Made by a program: the position numbers and the translations under genes. Positions 19,676 through 28,808 of a stretch of 64,000 nt of DNA are shown here, piece by piece. How positions within the stretch are numbered: the stretch's first letter is position 1; each line of letters starts with the position of its first letter. Source of the stretch: an uncultured Bdellovibrionales bacterium (GTDB lineage: Bacteria > Bdellovibrionota > Bdellovibrionia > Bdellovibrionales > JAMPXM01); contig CALBDW010000018.1 in the NCBI GenBank assembly GCA_937927435.1, positions 484 to 64,483 of the forward strand, read 5' to 3'. Under the pieces are notes generated by a model. That model ran no database searches and had not been told where the DNA came from. It was given only the letters and a program-made list of their open reading frames with translations.

Positions 19676-19778
19676 AAACTGGCCCACTTTAATGGTGATG
19701 CTCCAAAAGACTCGTATTCACGGTTGTTTTTCGACCTTTCCCGGTCATCCCCACGATAGTGAGCCAGTTTGTTTCTTT

Positions 19779-20255
19779 TTAGTCCTGAAGAAGTTTCGCA
19801 ATCAGCCAGCGGCGAAAGTGCTCGGCCTCGGCTACCTTCCCGATCCAGCGCGCGCGATCCAAAAGCGTTAGAGCCGCCACCAAGATGTGATGTTGACCCG
19901 CGCGATCGCGGCGAGACTCGAATTCGTTGTACCGAGCCTCAAGAAGTTCCACACTTCGTCGGGCCACGTTTTCATCCTTAAATCCCAAGCGACCTGCGAC
20001 GTACTTTGAGTACACATTCATCGATTGCCCGGAACGCGTGTAGAGATCGAAATAACCTGAGAGAAGGCCTGAGTCCTGAAGGACGGAGGCGACATAGCTT
20101 GGTTTTGTATCGACGAGGTCCGCGATTTCTTCGATGTCGGTCACCCCGCTCATATAGAGCGTGAGAATCCGATCCTTCTTCGTCCCTCGCAAGCGGCGGG
20201 GTTTGAACTCTTGCGCCGATAGGTCTTCATAGGGGGTGATCGGGACATCCGCCAT
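19779..20255 (-). CDS. hypothetical protein with possible helix-turn-helix segment
   Basis: 158 aa. The segment ILTLYMSGVTDIEEIADLVDTKPSYVASVL looks HTH-like. No family recognised. Confidence 0.5.
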   Translation of the reverse strand: MADVPITPYEDLSAQEFKPRRLRGTKKDRILTLYMSGVTDIEEIADLVDTKPSYVASVLQDSGLLSGYFDLYTRSGQSMNVYSKYVAGRLGFKDENVARRSVELLEARYNEFESRRDRAGQHHILVAALTLLDRARWIGKVAEAEHFRRWLIAKLLQD

Positions 20256-20501
20256 AGGTAGCTCTCCCCTTAGCAGCCGAATTCTATCGCCTCTCGGGAG
20301 GGGCCGATACCGAGCCCGGGTAAAACCTATCCGACCATCAAAGTGACGTTTTTCGGGCCTCGATTTGAAGGCCTTTCGTTAAGGCCCCGCCGTTTTAAAT
20401 GAGAGAATCACACGGCAGCCTTCTCCCTACTGGCACCCCCATTGCTAAAAATTCGCATTGCTTAAGCCCGGCAACGGGACAGACCGCTCTTAAGGACGGG
20501 T

Positions 20502-21968
20502 ATGGGGAAAGGCCTTTTAAAACGTATCAGTTCTCCCACTCTTCTCATTGTTTGCCTGGCCGCTTTGGCTGGTTGCGGGCCCGGCTTTACGCCCTCCGAA
20601 ACCCAATTCGCCCAGGAACCCGATCTAGAAGAGTCGCCCACAAACCCGTTGCCCCTTCCCCCTTTAACCCCCGAAGTACCTTCGCAAGACATCGAAAGCA
20701 CAGAAGAGCAAAAAGAAGATCCGATCGAGGAGAACGCGAAGCAAGGGCTTCCCCCTCAACCTTCGCCGACACCTAGACCGACGCCGACTCCCGCTCCCAC
20801 ACCGCGGCCATCAGCTGAAGCTCCTGCCGCGACTCCGGTTCCCACTCCGGCGCCTCGGCCTTCATCCCAGGCGGCTCCTAGTCCTACGCCCGCTCCGACG
20901 CCGCAGCCCCGGCCGGTCTCAAAGAGAAGCTATCACGTGCTCAAGAACAAGATGACGGCCTACGAAGCGAAGAAAGGTGTACTCGAGCCCGTGCAAGTCT
21001 TGCCGCCTAAAACGATCGTCGAACTTCTTCCCGGCTACAAAATTCTCAGCCTGCCTTACCGGGACGAGAGCGATACCATCAAGCGGGCGGCAACAGGATT
21101 TATCACGCCGATCCGCCTTGTTCAGGTTCCGGATCTCTCGGAAACCCGCCGCTACGAACTCAATCAAACGGAAGGAGGCCTTTATCTTTCCGCCTCTCTT
21201 TTACCCACGGTCGAAGGCACATTCGCGCCACTTAAAACTTCGGTCTCGATTGTTCCCGACTATCTTGAGCTTTTCGAAGAGTCCGGCAAGCCCAAGTTCG
21301 CCTTTGAGGATGGTCTTAAACGCCGCTTCGGTTCGGCGCTGAATCAAGCCGCCGCTCCGGACGCCAAAGCGAAGGCGAAATCCCTCAAGATCATGAACGA
21401 AATCGTGCGCGCGGTTTCGCGAGAGACAGCGGCCCCCAAAGATCTCATGTTCATGAACCCAACGCTTGCGCAATTCCATTCGCAGGAGTACGAGAGCTCC
21501 GGCCTTATCGCAACGAAAGGTGCCTGGACGATCGCCGTCGCGAACACGGCCGTCCGCCACGGCTTCGCCAAAACGCCGTGCGCAGAATTCGCGTCGGAAG
21601 TGATCCGCCAAGCTTACCAGCGCGCGGGCTACGACCTCACCGAAGATTTCAATCGCCAAAAAGAGAATCCGCTTATTTGGCGCACGACCGCCTCAGTTGC
21701 CGGACTTTCGCGCGCGCTCTTAAAAGCGGGCTGGACGGTTTGGAGCACGAAAGAATATCGGCCGCCGGTCGGCGCCGTCATGTTGCACGGAATCGGTCAA
21801 ACGCCCGGCCACGTGTTCTTTGCCGCCGGCCTTGATGGCCGCTGGATCGTCGATAACGAATCACCGCAAGGCCGCGATCTCCGTCATATGAGCTTAAGCG
21901 GTTTGAAGCTCGCCTATAAAGCGGGCGCTTTCATGCTTCCACCGGGAATTACACCTCAACCTTGGTAG
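20502..21968 (+). CDS. lipoprotein with Pro/Thr/Ala-rich linker and C-terminal Cys/His papain-like (NlpC/P60- or CHAP-like) domain, putative cell-wall hydrolase
   Basis: Lipobox LAALAGC. The linker is low-complexity. The C-terminal region has TPCAEFASEVIRQAY ... PGHVFFAAGLDGRWIVDN, the Cys...His...polar arrangement of papain-fold amidases. This is motif-level inference only. Confidence 0.65.
   Translation: MGKGLLKRISSPTLLIVCLAALAGCGPGFTPSETQFAQEPDLEESPTNPLPLPPLTPEVPSQDIESTEEQKEDPIEENAKQGLPPQPSPTPRPTPTPAPTPRPSAEAPAATPVPTPAPRPSSQAAPSPTPAPTPQPRPVSKRSYHVLKNKMTAYEAKKGVLEPVQVLPPKTIVELLPGYKILSLPYRDESDTIKRAATGFITPIRLVQVPDLSETRRYELNQTEGGLYLSASLLPTVEGTFAPLKTSVSIVPDYLELFEESGKPKFAFEDGLKRRFGSALNQAAAPDAKAKAKSLKIMNEIVRAVSRETAAPKDLMFMNPTLAQFHSQEYESSGLIATKGAWTIAVANTAVRHGFAKTPCAEFASEVIRQAYQRAGYDLTEDFNRQKENPLIWRTTASVAGLSRALLKAGWTVWSTKEYRPPVGAVMLHGIGQTPGHVFFAAGLDGRWIVDNESPQGRDLRHMSLSGLKLAYKAGAFMLPPGITPQPW
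20748..20915 (+). repeat. low-complexity Pro/Thr/Ala-rich linker-coding region
   Basis: Encodes PPQPSPTPRPTPTPAPTPRPSAEAPAATPVPTPAPRPSSQAAPSPTPAPTPQPRP. Confidence 0.8.
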
Positions 21969-22190
21969 AGCTTTAATTTCGCGAATCTTGTGCAATGTTT
22001 GGTCGAGTTCAACGAACAGACAGAATTCGCGAAATTACAAACTTGTTTCATTTCGAGAGTTTAAAGTAAATCCAAATAGTTGATGCCTTGCATTACATAT
22101 TTAGGCCATGCCTAAATCAGGTCTCGCGTTTGCAATTCGTAGGTTTGAGATGGGTGAATTCACACAACCTCAAACCGAACGAGTTGAGTT

Positions 22191-23741
22191 ATGAAAGTCG
22201 TCGCGAAACATCCGGTTGTCCGTTACCTGACTGCCGCCACGGCGGTGATGGTTTTGGCGAACTGCACTCCTCAACGTTTTTCTCCGGCGATGCCTTCCAT
22301 CGAGGAAATCGGGAGTGTGACTCCTCCTCCGATTGAGCCGCCGACAACGGAACATGGGAAGCTCTCGGACCTTTTGCTTCATACACAAATGAACGTCCCA
22401 ATTGAATTCACCCCGCAAGTGACGGGCCCTGAGGCCGTTGAACGCTTGATCGCGACGGGCGCCGACGGCTCGCTGTGGGTCCTCACCCCGAACGGTCGCC
22501 TCGATGTTTTGGATCCGAAAACCCTCCGCATGCGCTACACACCGAACAAAAATTTCCGTGGAGAGGACTTCGGCTTGGTCTTCCTCATTGAAAAAGGTAA
22601 GCCCGTGAGCACCGCGGTCGTCCGCATTCAGGTCGACAACGCTCTCATCGGTTTGAAACCGGCTCTCGCCGTGCGCGGAACGGGCTGTATCATGTGCCAT
22701 GCCTCGATCAGTTCGAACGTCATTACTGACTTCGGCTACGGCGATCCCTATTTCTTCGGTGGTCCCGAGCTTCCGCCGGTGGACCAAACTTCGATCTACG
22801 CCGACGAGAAAACCGACCCAGCGTGGAAGTACATCAAGAAACTCGGCGAGGAAGTCATCGTTCCGCGAGCTTCGACCGCTCATCTTGCGAAGGTCGGTGC
22901 TCCGACTCTCGCCTCTTATATCTCGGGAGTTTTGTCCTCGTCGCCTTACCCTGAGGTGAATTCAACCCGCGTGACGGAAGTGAACCGCGTCTACATCGGT
23001 GCCCCCACGGCAGGCAAGATCCTGCAAGCTGCGCACATGACGCCCGGTCTTGAAGCTGTGAAATACATCCCGGACTTCAACCAGCCGGCGACTCCGCCCG
23101 CGTTGATCCGCAAATACGGATCCGGACTCGATCATTACACGAACGATCCCAACCAAGAGTTCGTCTGTTCAGGCGACCTCGTGGTCGACGGCGTCGTTCA
23201 CTTGAACCGTCCCGTGATCCGGAGCGAAACCGGCTGCCGCATCTACGCGACAGGCTCGGTCTTCATCACAGGCCCGATCACCTACAGCGCAGGAAACGTC
23301 GAGCGCCGTAACCTCCAAATCGTGAGCGCGCGTGCGATCAATATGGGTCTGGGCCGCAACACGTGTAACGCACAAAAAATCGGAACAGACAGTTTGATCA
23401 ACCGCTTACAAAACGAATACCGCCGCAAGTACTTCGAGACCCGCGGCGAACCCACCAAGACGGTCCAGGAAAAACTCGACGACATCATCGCCGACTACAA
23501 TAAGGTTGGATCTCTCGTGGACGCCGCTTGTGATTCCCTGGGGCGCAATGTCGGCTTTGAACGACTGATTCTCAACGCCCCGATCGTCTTCAGCCGCTAC
23601 ACGGGCGGATTTAGAGGATCGGTCATCGCCGAAATCGCCCTGATGAGCCTGGACCAATTCATCTTCGAGTTCGATCCGGTCTTCAATAAAGAAGCCGTTC
23701 TTCCGCTCTTAAGCCCGGACGACTACCTCGTGGTTGAATAA
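22191..23741 (+). CDS. hypothetical lipoprotein / secreted protein carrying a single CXXCH motif
   Basis: 516 aa with an N-terminal signal and LANC lipobox-like site. CIMCH lies at 22686-22700. No other family signal recognised. Confidence 0.65.
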   Translation: MKVVAKHPVVRYLTAATAVMVLANCTPQRFSPAMPSIEEIGSVTPPPIEPPTTEHGKLSDLLLHTQMNVPIEFTPQVTGPEAVERLIATGADGSLWVLTPNGRLDVLDPKTLRMRYTPNKNFRGEDFGLVFLIEKGKPVSTAVVRIQVDNALIGLKPALAVRGTGCIMCHASISSNVITDFGYGDPYFFGGPELPPVDQTSIYADEKTDPAWKYIKKLGEEVIVPRASTAHLAKVGAPTLASYISGVLSSSPYPEVNSTRVTEVNRVYIGAPTAGKILQAAHMTPGLEAVKYIPDFNQPATPPALIRKYGSGLDHYTNDPNQEFVCSGDLVVDGVVHLNRPVIRSETGCRIYATGSVFITGPITYSAGNVERRNLQIVSARAINMGLGRNTCNAQKIGTDSLINRLQNEYRRKYFETRGEPTKTVQEKLDDIIADYNKVGSLVDAACDSLGRNVGFERLILNAPIVFSRYTGGFRGSVIAEIALMSLDQFIFEFDPVFNKEAVLPLLSPDDYLVVE

Positions 23742-23760
23742 TGGCGGGAAAAATGAGATC

Positions 23761-23795
23761 GGGTGACCGCGCTGTCTCTTCAAAAGCGGTCACCC
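23761..23795. terminator. hairpin between convergent genes (bidirectional terminator candidate)
   Basis: GGGTGACCGC-15 nt-GCGGTCACCC lies between the stops at 23741 (+) and 23808 (-). There is no clear U-tract. Confidence 0.45.
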
Positions 23796-23807
23796 AGCTT
23801 TGAGACC

Positions 23808-24680
23808 TCAGTTGGTCTCTATGATATGCCTGATCCAATTCAAATACGAAACGGCGTTCGTATAGACCGAGAAATGGTCGCAGCCCGAACCGCCGACTCC
23901 GCGGCTCGTGACACCGAAAAGACGGTATTCGCCACCGACATAGACATAGGCCGGACCGCCCGAATCACCGTAGCACGCACCCGTTCCGCTGTTATTGAGA
24001 AGAACTTCCGTCTTTCCCCACGCAGGCTCCGAGATCGTAACAGTCACCTTGCGGAGTTCGCCCCCGACTTCATCCCATTCCGTGCCCGTGCGGCCATAAC
24101 CTGCCAATACCACGGCCTGCCCTTTTTCTAAAACGGTCGCCGGGTCCATGAGGGCGACGGGAGTTTTCGACGCTGGGATTTTGCCTTGAATACGAATGAG
24201 CGCGATATCGCCCCAATCCGTCAGCGAATCGACTTCCTCTTTCGTCAGCTCACGGCCTTCTTCTTTCGCTTTGTCCACCATCTCATTGATCTTGTCGATC
24301 GTCTCAACAAAAGCGGGGTGAACGAAATAGTTCTCAACCAGCCGGACATCTTCCTGGTGAAGGCCCAGAATGTAATCATAAAACGAACCGGTAAAAGCGA
24401 CGTGAAAGCCTTTGGGTTCGACATCGACGACACAATGAGCGGCGGTTAAGAGCCATTCCTCATTCAAGATCGAAACAGTGCAAATCGAGCCGTGATACAA
24501 GTTGATGAGTAACGCCGTCCGCGACGCGATCGGATCATCGTCCTCGACGGCCTCACCTCCGATTATGCCTTTTCCATCGGCGACAAAAACATCGGCTGGC
24601 TGATTGGCTGCTCCATCGAGCCGGCTGCAAGCACTGAGAAGAAGCGCCGTCAGCGCGAAAACGAGCGATTTGAATTTCAT
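23808..24680 (-). CDS. trypsin-like serine protease lipoprotein (S1 family), paralogue 1
   Basis: Start moved to ATG 24680 (GGGGGGAGGGG upstream). Lipobox LLLSAC. Catalytic triad: His in WLLTAAHCV, Asp in WGDIALIRI, Ser in GDSGGP. Confidence 0.9.
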   Translation of the reverse strand: MKFKSLVFALTALLLSACSRLDGAANQPADVFVADGKGIIGGEAVEDDDPIASRTALLINLYHGSICTVSILNEEWLLTAAHCVVDVEPKGFHVAFTGSFYDYILGLHQEDVRLVENYFVHPAFVETIDKINEMVDKAKEEGRELTKEEVDSLTDWGDIALIRIQGKIPASKTPVALMDPATVLEKGQAVVLAGYGRTGTEWDEVGGELRKVTVTISEPAWGKTEVLLNNSGTGACYGDSGGPAYVYVGGEYRLFGVTSRGVGGSGCDHFSVYTNAVSYLNWIRHIIETN

Positions 24681-24916
24681 TGTCCCCTCCCCCCGAAGAA
24701 GACGGCTGCTGAGATATTCCCCCACCTTGTCCGATGACAAGGGTTTCTCTTCTTACCCGATTTCGAAACAGCATCAAGCAATCATTTGTTTTTGCAGCTA
24801 TTAGAAAATTTTGGAAAGTGGCGCAAGTAAGCCGCAAACGATACCGATTGATTTGATGAGTTGACAGACTCTGACAGAATGAAGGCTACGGACGAGGTCT
24901 GCACATAAGATCTTAA

Positions 24917-24953
24917 GGCCGAATAGCCGCTTACGCTTGCAACGCTATTCGGC
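24917..24953 (-). terminator. hairpin downstream of protease paralogue 2
   Basis: GGCCGAATAGC-15 nt-GCTATTCGGCC lies 20 nt after the stop at 24973. It separates paralogues 2 and 3 from paralogue 1. Confidence 0.5.
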
Positions 24954-24972
24954 CTTTCTCACAATAGCGAGC

Positions 24973-25842
24973 TTACTTGCTCATTAGCGAATTGATCCAA
25001 TCGAGATACGAAAGCAGGTTCGTATAAGCCGTAAAATAGCCGCAATCCTGGCCTTTAACTCCACGGCTCGTCACGCCGAACAGATAATATTGGCCGCGGG
25101 CATAGACATACGCCGGACCACCCGAGTCACCGAAGCAGGCACCTGCTCCGCTGTTGTGGAGGAGAACTTCGGTTGCACTCCAATTAGGATCGGCGATCGT
25201 CACCGTCACCTTGCGCAATACTCCTCCGTCTTCCGCATCTGGCTCCGTGCGGCCGTAACCGGCCAAGACAACGGCTTGTCCTTGCTCGAGGGAAATCGAA
25301 GGATCCAAAAGCGTCGCGGGAATTTTCGATGACGGGATTTTGCCTTTGATCCGCACGAGCGCGATGTCACCATAATTCCTCAAAGCGTCAAACTCTTCGT
25401 CCGACGGCATATTCCCCGTTTCGATGAACTTCAAGTAGATGGCGCTCAGTTTGGCGAGGGTCTCGTGGTAAGCAGGATGAACGTGAATGGCTTCAACTTC
25501 CCGAACATCGTCCTGATAGAGACCCCACGCGTAATCGTGATACGAACCGGTGAATGCAACGAAAAACTCGTAAGGCGGGACATCAACAACACAATGAGCG
25601 GCCGTCACAATCCATTCTTCATTCAGAATCGAAGCCGAGCAAAACGACTCGAATCCCTTGTTGATCAGTAACGCTGTCCGCGCGGCAATCGGCTCATCGC
25701 TCTCAACCTGAACCCCTCCGACGATACGGTGACCGTCAGCCACGGACACAGGAGCCTTCAAACCCGCTGCCCACTCGAACTTGTTACAAGCTCCAAGGGC
25801 CAATGCCGCTAACACATAAACCAGCGCTTTGACTTTCATCAT
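24973..25842 (-). CDS. trypsin-like serine protease lipoprotein (S1 family), paralogue 2
   Basis: 289 aa with lipobox LALGAC. Triad contexts WIVTAAHCV, YGDIALVRI and GDSGGP. It starts 6 nt after paralogue 3 ends. Confidence 0.9.
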   Translation of the reverse strand: MMKVKALVYVLAALALGACNKFEWAAGLKAPVSVADGHRIVGGVQVESDEPIAARTALLINKGFESFCSASILNEEWIVTAAHCVVDVPPYEFFVAFTGSYHDYAWGLYQDDVREVEAIHVHPAYHETLAKLSAIYLKFIETGNMPSDEEFDALRNYGDIALVRIKGKIPSSKIPATLLDPSISLEQGQAVVLAGYGRTEPDAEDGGVLRKVTVTIADPNWSATEVLLHNSGAGACFGDSGGPAYVYARGQYYLFGVTSRGVKGQDCGYFTAYTNLLSYLDWINSLMSK

Positions 25843-25848
25843 CCCCTC

Positions 25849-26724
25849 TTATTCGGCATAAGCCGCAAGAATTGATTGAATCCACTCTGAATGTGACAGA
25901 ATGGACGTCGAAACAGAAAAATGATCGCAAACCATCCCACCCATCCGGCGGCTAATCAATCCGAAAAGATAGTAACGGCCGTCGGCATACACGTAAACAG
26001 GACCGCCCGAATCACCGAAGCAAGCGCCTCTCCCATCGTTGTTATAAAGAAGGAATTCGCTCTGACCCCATTCGGGATCCGCAACGGCCACGGTCACTTT
26101 GTGTAACTCGCCCCACGGCGCGTCCCCTTCAATTCCCCTGCGACCGTAACCAGCCAAAACAACGCGTTGCCCTTCCTCAAGGGAAATCGCCGCATCCGAA
26201 ATGGCTACGGGTGTTTTAGACGCCGGGATCTTGCCTTTGATCCGAATGAGGGCAATATCACCCCAATCCCGCACCGCATGGATCTTTTCCGAAGGCAACG
26301 GGCGCCCCTCTTCAAAGGCTTGCTCCTCCATCTCACGAATTTGATCGAGCGTTTCATAGAAGATGGAAGGAACGTAATACTTCTCAACCTCGCGGACGTC
26401 CTCGTGATGGAGGCCCTGACGAAAGTCGTCATATGATCCCGTGAAGGCGACCCGAAGAGCCGAAGGACGGCTTTCGACGACACAGTTCGCGGCTGTTAAG
26501 AGCCACTCATCGTTCAAAATCGAAGCGGTGCATGTGAAGCCGCTATAAATGTCTATCAACAATGCCGTCTGCGTCGCGATCAGATCATCGCTTTCAACAG
26601 GTTCCCCGCCGATGATTCCCACGCCCTCGGTGACAGCGACCGAGTCGTGTAAACGCGAAGAACCCTCCCCGCCGCAGGAACTCAGAACAAACGCCGCCAA
26701 GACCAGACTTAGTCTGAACTTCAT
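25849..26724 (-). CDS. trypsin-like fold lipoprotein, paralogue 3, catalytic His replaced by Asn (probable pseudo-protease)
   Basis: 291 aa with lipobox FVLSSC. It reads WLLTAANCV, with codon AAC at 26487-26485 where paralogues 1 and 2 have CAT/CAC His. Asp (WGDIALIRI) and Ser (GDSGGP) are retained. Confidence 0.85.
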   Translation of the reverse strand: MKFRLSLVLAAFVLSSCGGEGSSRLHDSVAVTEGVGIIGGEPVESDDLIATQTALLIDIYSGFTCTASILNDEWLLTAANCVVESRPSALRVAFTGSYDDFRQGLHHEDVREVEKYYVPSIFYETLDQIREMEEQAFEEGRPLPSEKIHAVRDWGDIALIRIKGKIPASKTPVAISDAAISLEEGQRVVLAGYGRRGIEGDAPWGELHKVTVAVADPEWGQSEFLLYNNDGRGACFGDSGGPVYVYADGRYYLFGLISRRMGGMVCDHFSVSTSILSHSEWIQSILAAYAE

Positions 26725-27224
26725 GACCTCTCCCCCCGGAAGTTGTCGAAGCCTTTGGCGGGCGTTCTATACCTGGAATAAAGCTGCATCAAGCGAACAT
26801 CGGCTTTCGCCTTTTTACAAAAACAGGTTTTGCAGAAATTCCAGCAGCAACTCGAATCGTAGAGTTAGAGGAGAAAGAAGGGAGTCCACCTTACTCGCTG
26901 AACATGAGAACGCCCCGGCCGTCGGTACCGTCGTTCTCCGACGCTCCGCCCATGCCCACATTCGCTGCATAGTCCGAATCGGCGCTATGACCGGTTTTTT
27001 ACCGGAGCCATTGACCACGATGTCACCTAAGCTCGTTCCGCCGCCGTTTAGGCCGCACCGCCGCGCCGACAAGGTTGTAGAGTGGAAGGCCACGAAAATG
27101 TTTCCTCAGAGGTCGGCCGATATTTCGAAGTCCATCAATGACGATGAATCGTCAGTCGTAGAATAATAAGATCGATTCGGCGTTAAGACTTATTAAGTCT
27201 CAAAATCTTGCGCTTGACACGCCC

Positions 27225-27251
27225 AAAAGAAAAAGGGCGGGAGTCCCGCCC
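27225..27251 (-). terminator. rho-independent terminator after the VWA lipoprotein gene
   Basis: On the minus strand GGGCGGG-ACT-CCCGCCC is followed by TTTTTCTTTT. It lies 34 nt after the stop at 27285. Confidence 0.75.
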
Positions 27252-27284
27252 TCGGTCGTAGAATTCGACTCAGCTTTTCGTCTC

Positions 27285-28436
27285 TTACAATAGGCCTTTG
27301 GGGTCGAAATAAACTTGGATGGTAGCGCCGGCCGGCGGAAGATCCTCCATGCTGCCGTGGAAACGGATCACGTTTCTATCGGCGTCGTAAGACCAGCCGT
27401 TCACCGTGCTCTTCGGCCAAAGCTGGCCGTTCACGTATACCTTAATCGTCTCGGGATTCGGATCGCCACTCAACGGGAACTCGGTCGCCAACTGAACGAT
27501 ACGCTCCTGGATGAATTTGAGCGAGTTCGCGTAACTTGAGTCACAGACACTGCCCAAGACACCGCCGGTGCGGTTGACCAATTCCATGTAGCGCACGCCG
27601 ACGAGGGCAGCCGAGTTCATGCCCTTTTTCTTACGGCAAGCATCATCGAGCACCGCGATCGCATTCACATTATAACGCCGGCGTTCAGGCGTGCTGCCGG
27701 TCAACGCATCAAGACGCTCCATCACCTCGTCAATCGACATCAGGCCCGGGTTCGTGTAGCTATGGTCCGCTACACCACCCGATAGCCAGCTGTATTCCGG
27801 GCGGCTGTAATCGGTGAAGTCATCTTCGTCGGAGAGAATCACGACCGAGAAGTAAGCTTCTTCCCGGCGGAAGTCCGCGTTCAACGGGCTCGCCAGAGTG
27901 TCCAACATGCTCTGGAATGCTCGTTCGTCGCCCGAACCGTTTACCCCTTGAGTCGCATTGATCATGAAGTTCTGCACGATGTTCGGGATAAAGGGCGTGA
28001 TGAAGGGGAATCCCGAGAAGACCCCGTCCGCCCCGTCACGCACGCGCGCCAGAGACGGATCATTCCAATAGAGAGAGCCGTGTAGATAAGAGTCGGTCGT
28101 TGTGACCGCCATCCGGTAATCGAAATCCTTGGTCGTGAAATTATTGATGAACATCTCGAAGTTCGCGATCAGGTTTTGTTGCAACGGATCCATCGACAAG
28201 GAGTTGTCGACCACCCAGAGAATATCGATCTTGCTGTTGATGCGGGCCTCGGCCTGCTGAAACGTCTGTCCCGTTTGCAAAAGGCTGAAGTTGGCTTCCC
28301 GTTTCCCGCACGCGCCGAGAGCCATCATGGCCGACGCGAATACCAATAAACGAGAGCACCGGCGCCAGACGCCGCTCATCGAACAGAATGAATTTGAAAT
28401 CGTTCTCTTGTTTTTCATAAACGGTACTCCCCACAT
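27285..28436 (-). CDS. von Willebrand factor type A (VWA) domain lipoprotein
   Basis: MIDAS-type DxSxS in DILWVVDNSLSMDPLQQNL. Lipobox MALGAC. The start is ATG 28436 or 28418, both with purine-rich Shine-Dalgarno candidates; the 454-aa track ORF over-extends. Confidence 0.75.
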   Translation of the reverse strand: MWGVPFMKNKRTISNSFCSMSGVWRRCSRLLVFASAMMALGACGKREANFSLLQTGQTFQQAEARINSKIDILWVVDNSLSMDPLQQNLIANFEMFINNFTTKDFDYRMAVTTTDSYLHGSLYWNDPSLARVRDGADGVFSGFPFITPFIPNIVQNFMINATQGVNGSGDERAFQSMLDTLASPLNADFRREEAYFSVVILSDEDDFTDYSRPEYSWLSGGVADHSYTNPGLMSIDEVMERLDALTGSTPERRRYNVNAIAVLDDACRKKKGMNSAALVGVRYMELVNRTGGVLGSVCDSSYANSLKFIQERIVQLATEFPLSGDPNPETIKVYVNGQLWPKSTVNGWSYDADRNVIRFHGSMEDLPPAGATIQVYFDPKGLL

Positions 28437-28808
28437 GCTCCTCCCATCGTGACCTTTAAAATAAGAGCGAACAACGTTCGCCCGATTCGTCGACTTCGTA
28501 GACAGAGCCGCCTGGTGGTACGAGTTGAAACAGTGGGATGAAATTGAGAAGGGAATCCGCCGCTCAAAACGAGACAGCCAGAAAACTCGACAGTTCCTGG
28601 AAATTTCCTCGAAAGAAACGCGGGTAAAAAAAATTTCTCGCTGTCTCAAAAATGACCGATTTGTGTCATCCGCTCACCTGAATTCATTCGTCTCACTTAG
28701 ACAAGACCGTTGCGAGAAAGGAAAGCGACCGCTGACTCTTGCTTGAACCGTTATCGCGCTCAATCCTATTCGAGCTTTCCCTAGCCAGCCAATCAAGGAG
28801 GATGAAAA

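Noticed and set aside
28742-28770. A sigma32-like promoter upstream of hsp20 (CTTGAA-17 nt-CCTATT).
   Set aside because: The -10 element is a poor match to CCCCATNT and the spacing is at the upper limit. This cannot be supported without a transcription start site.
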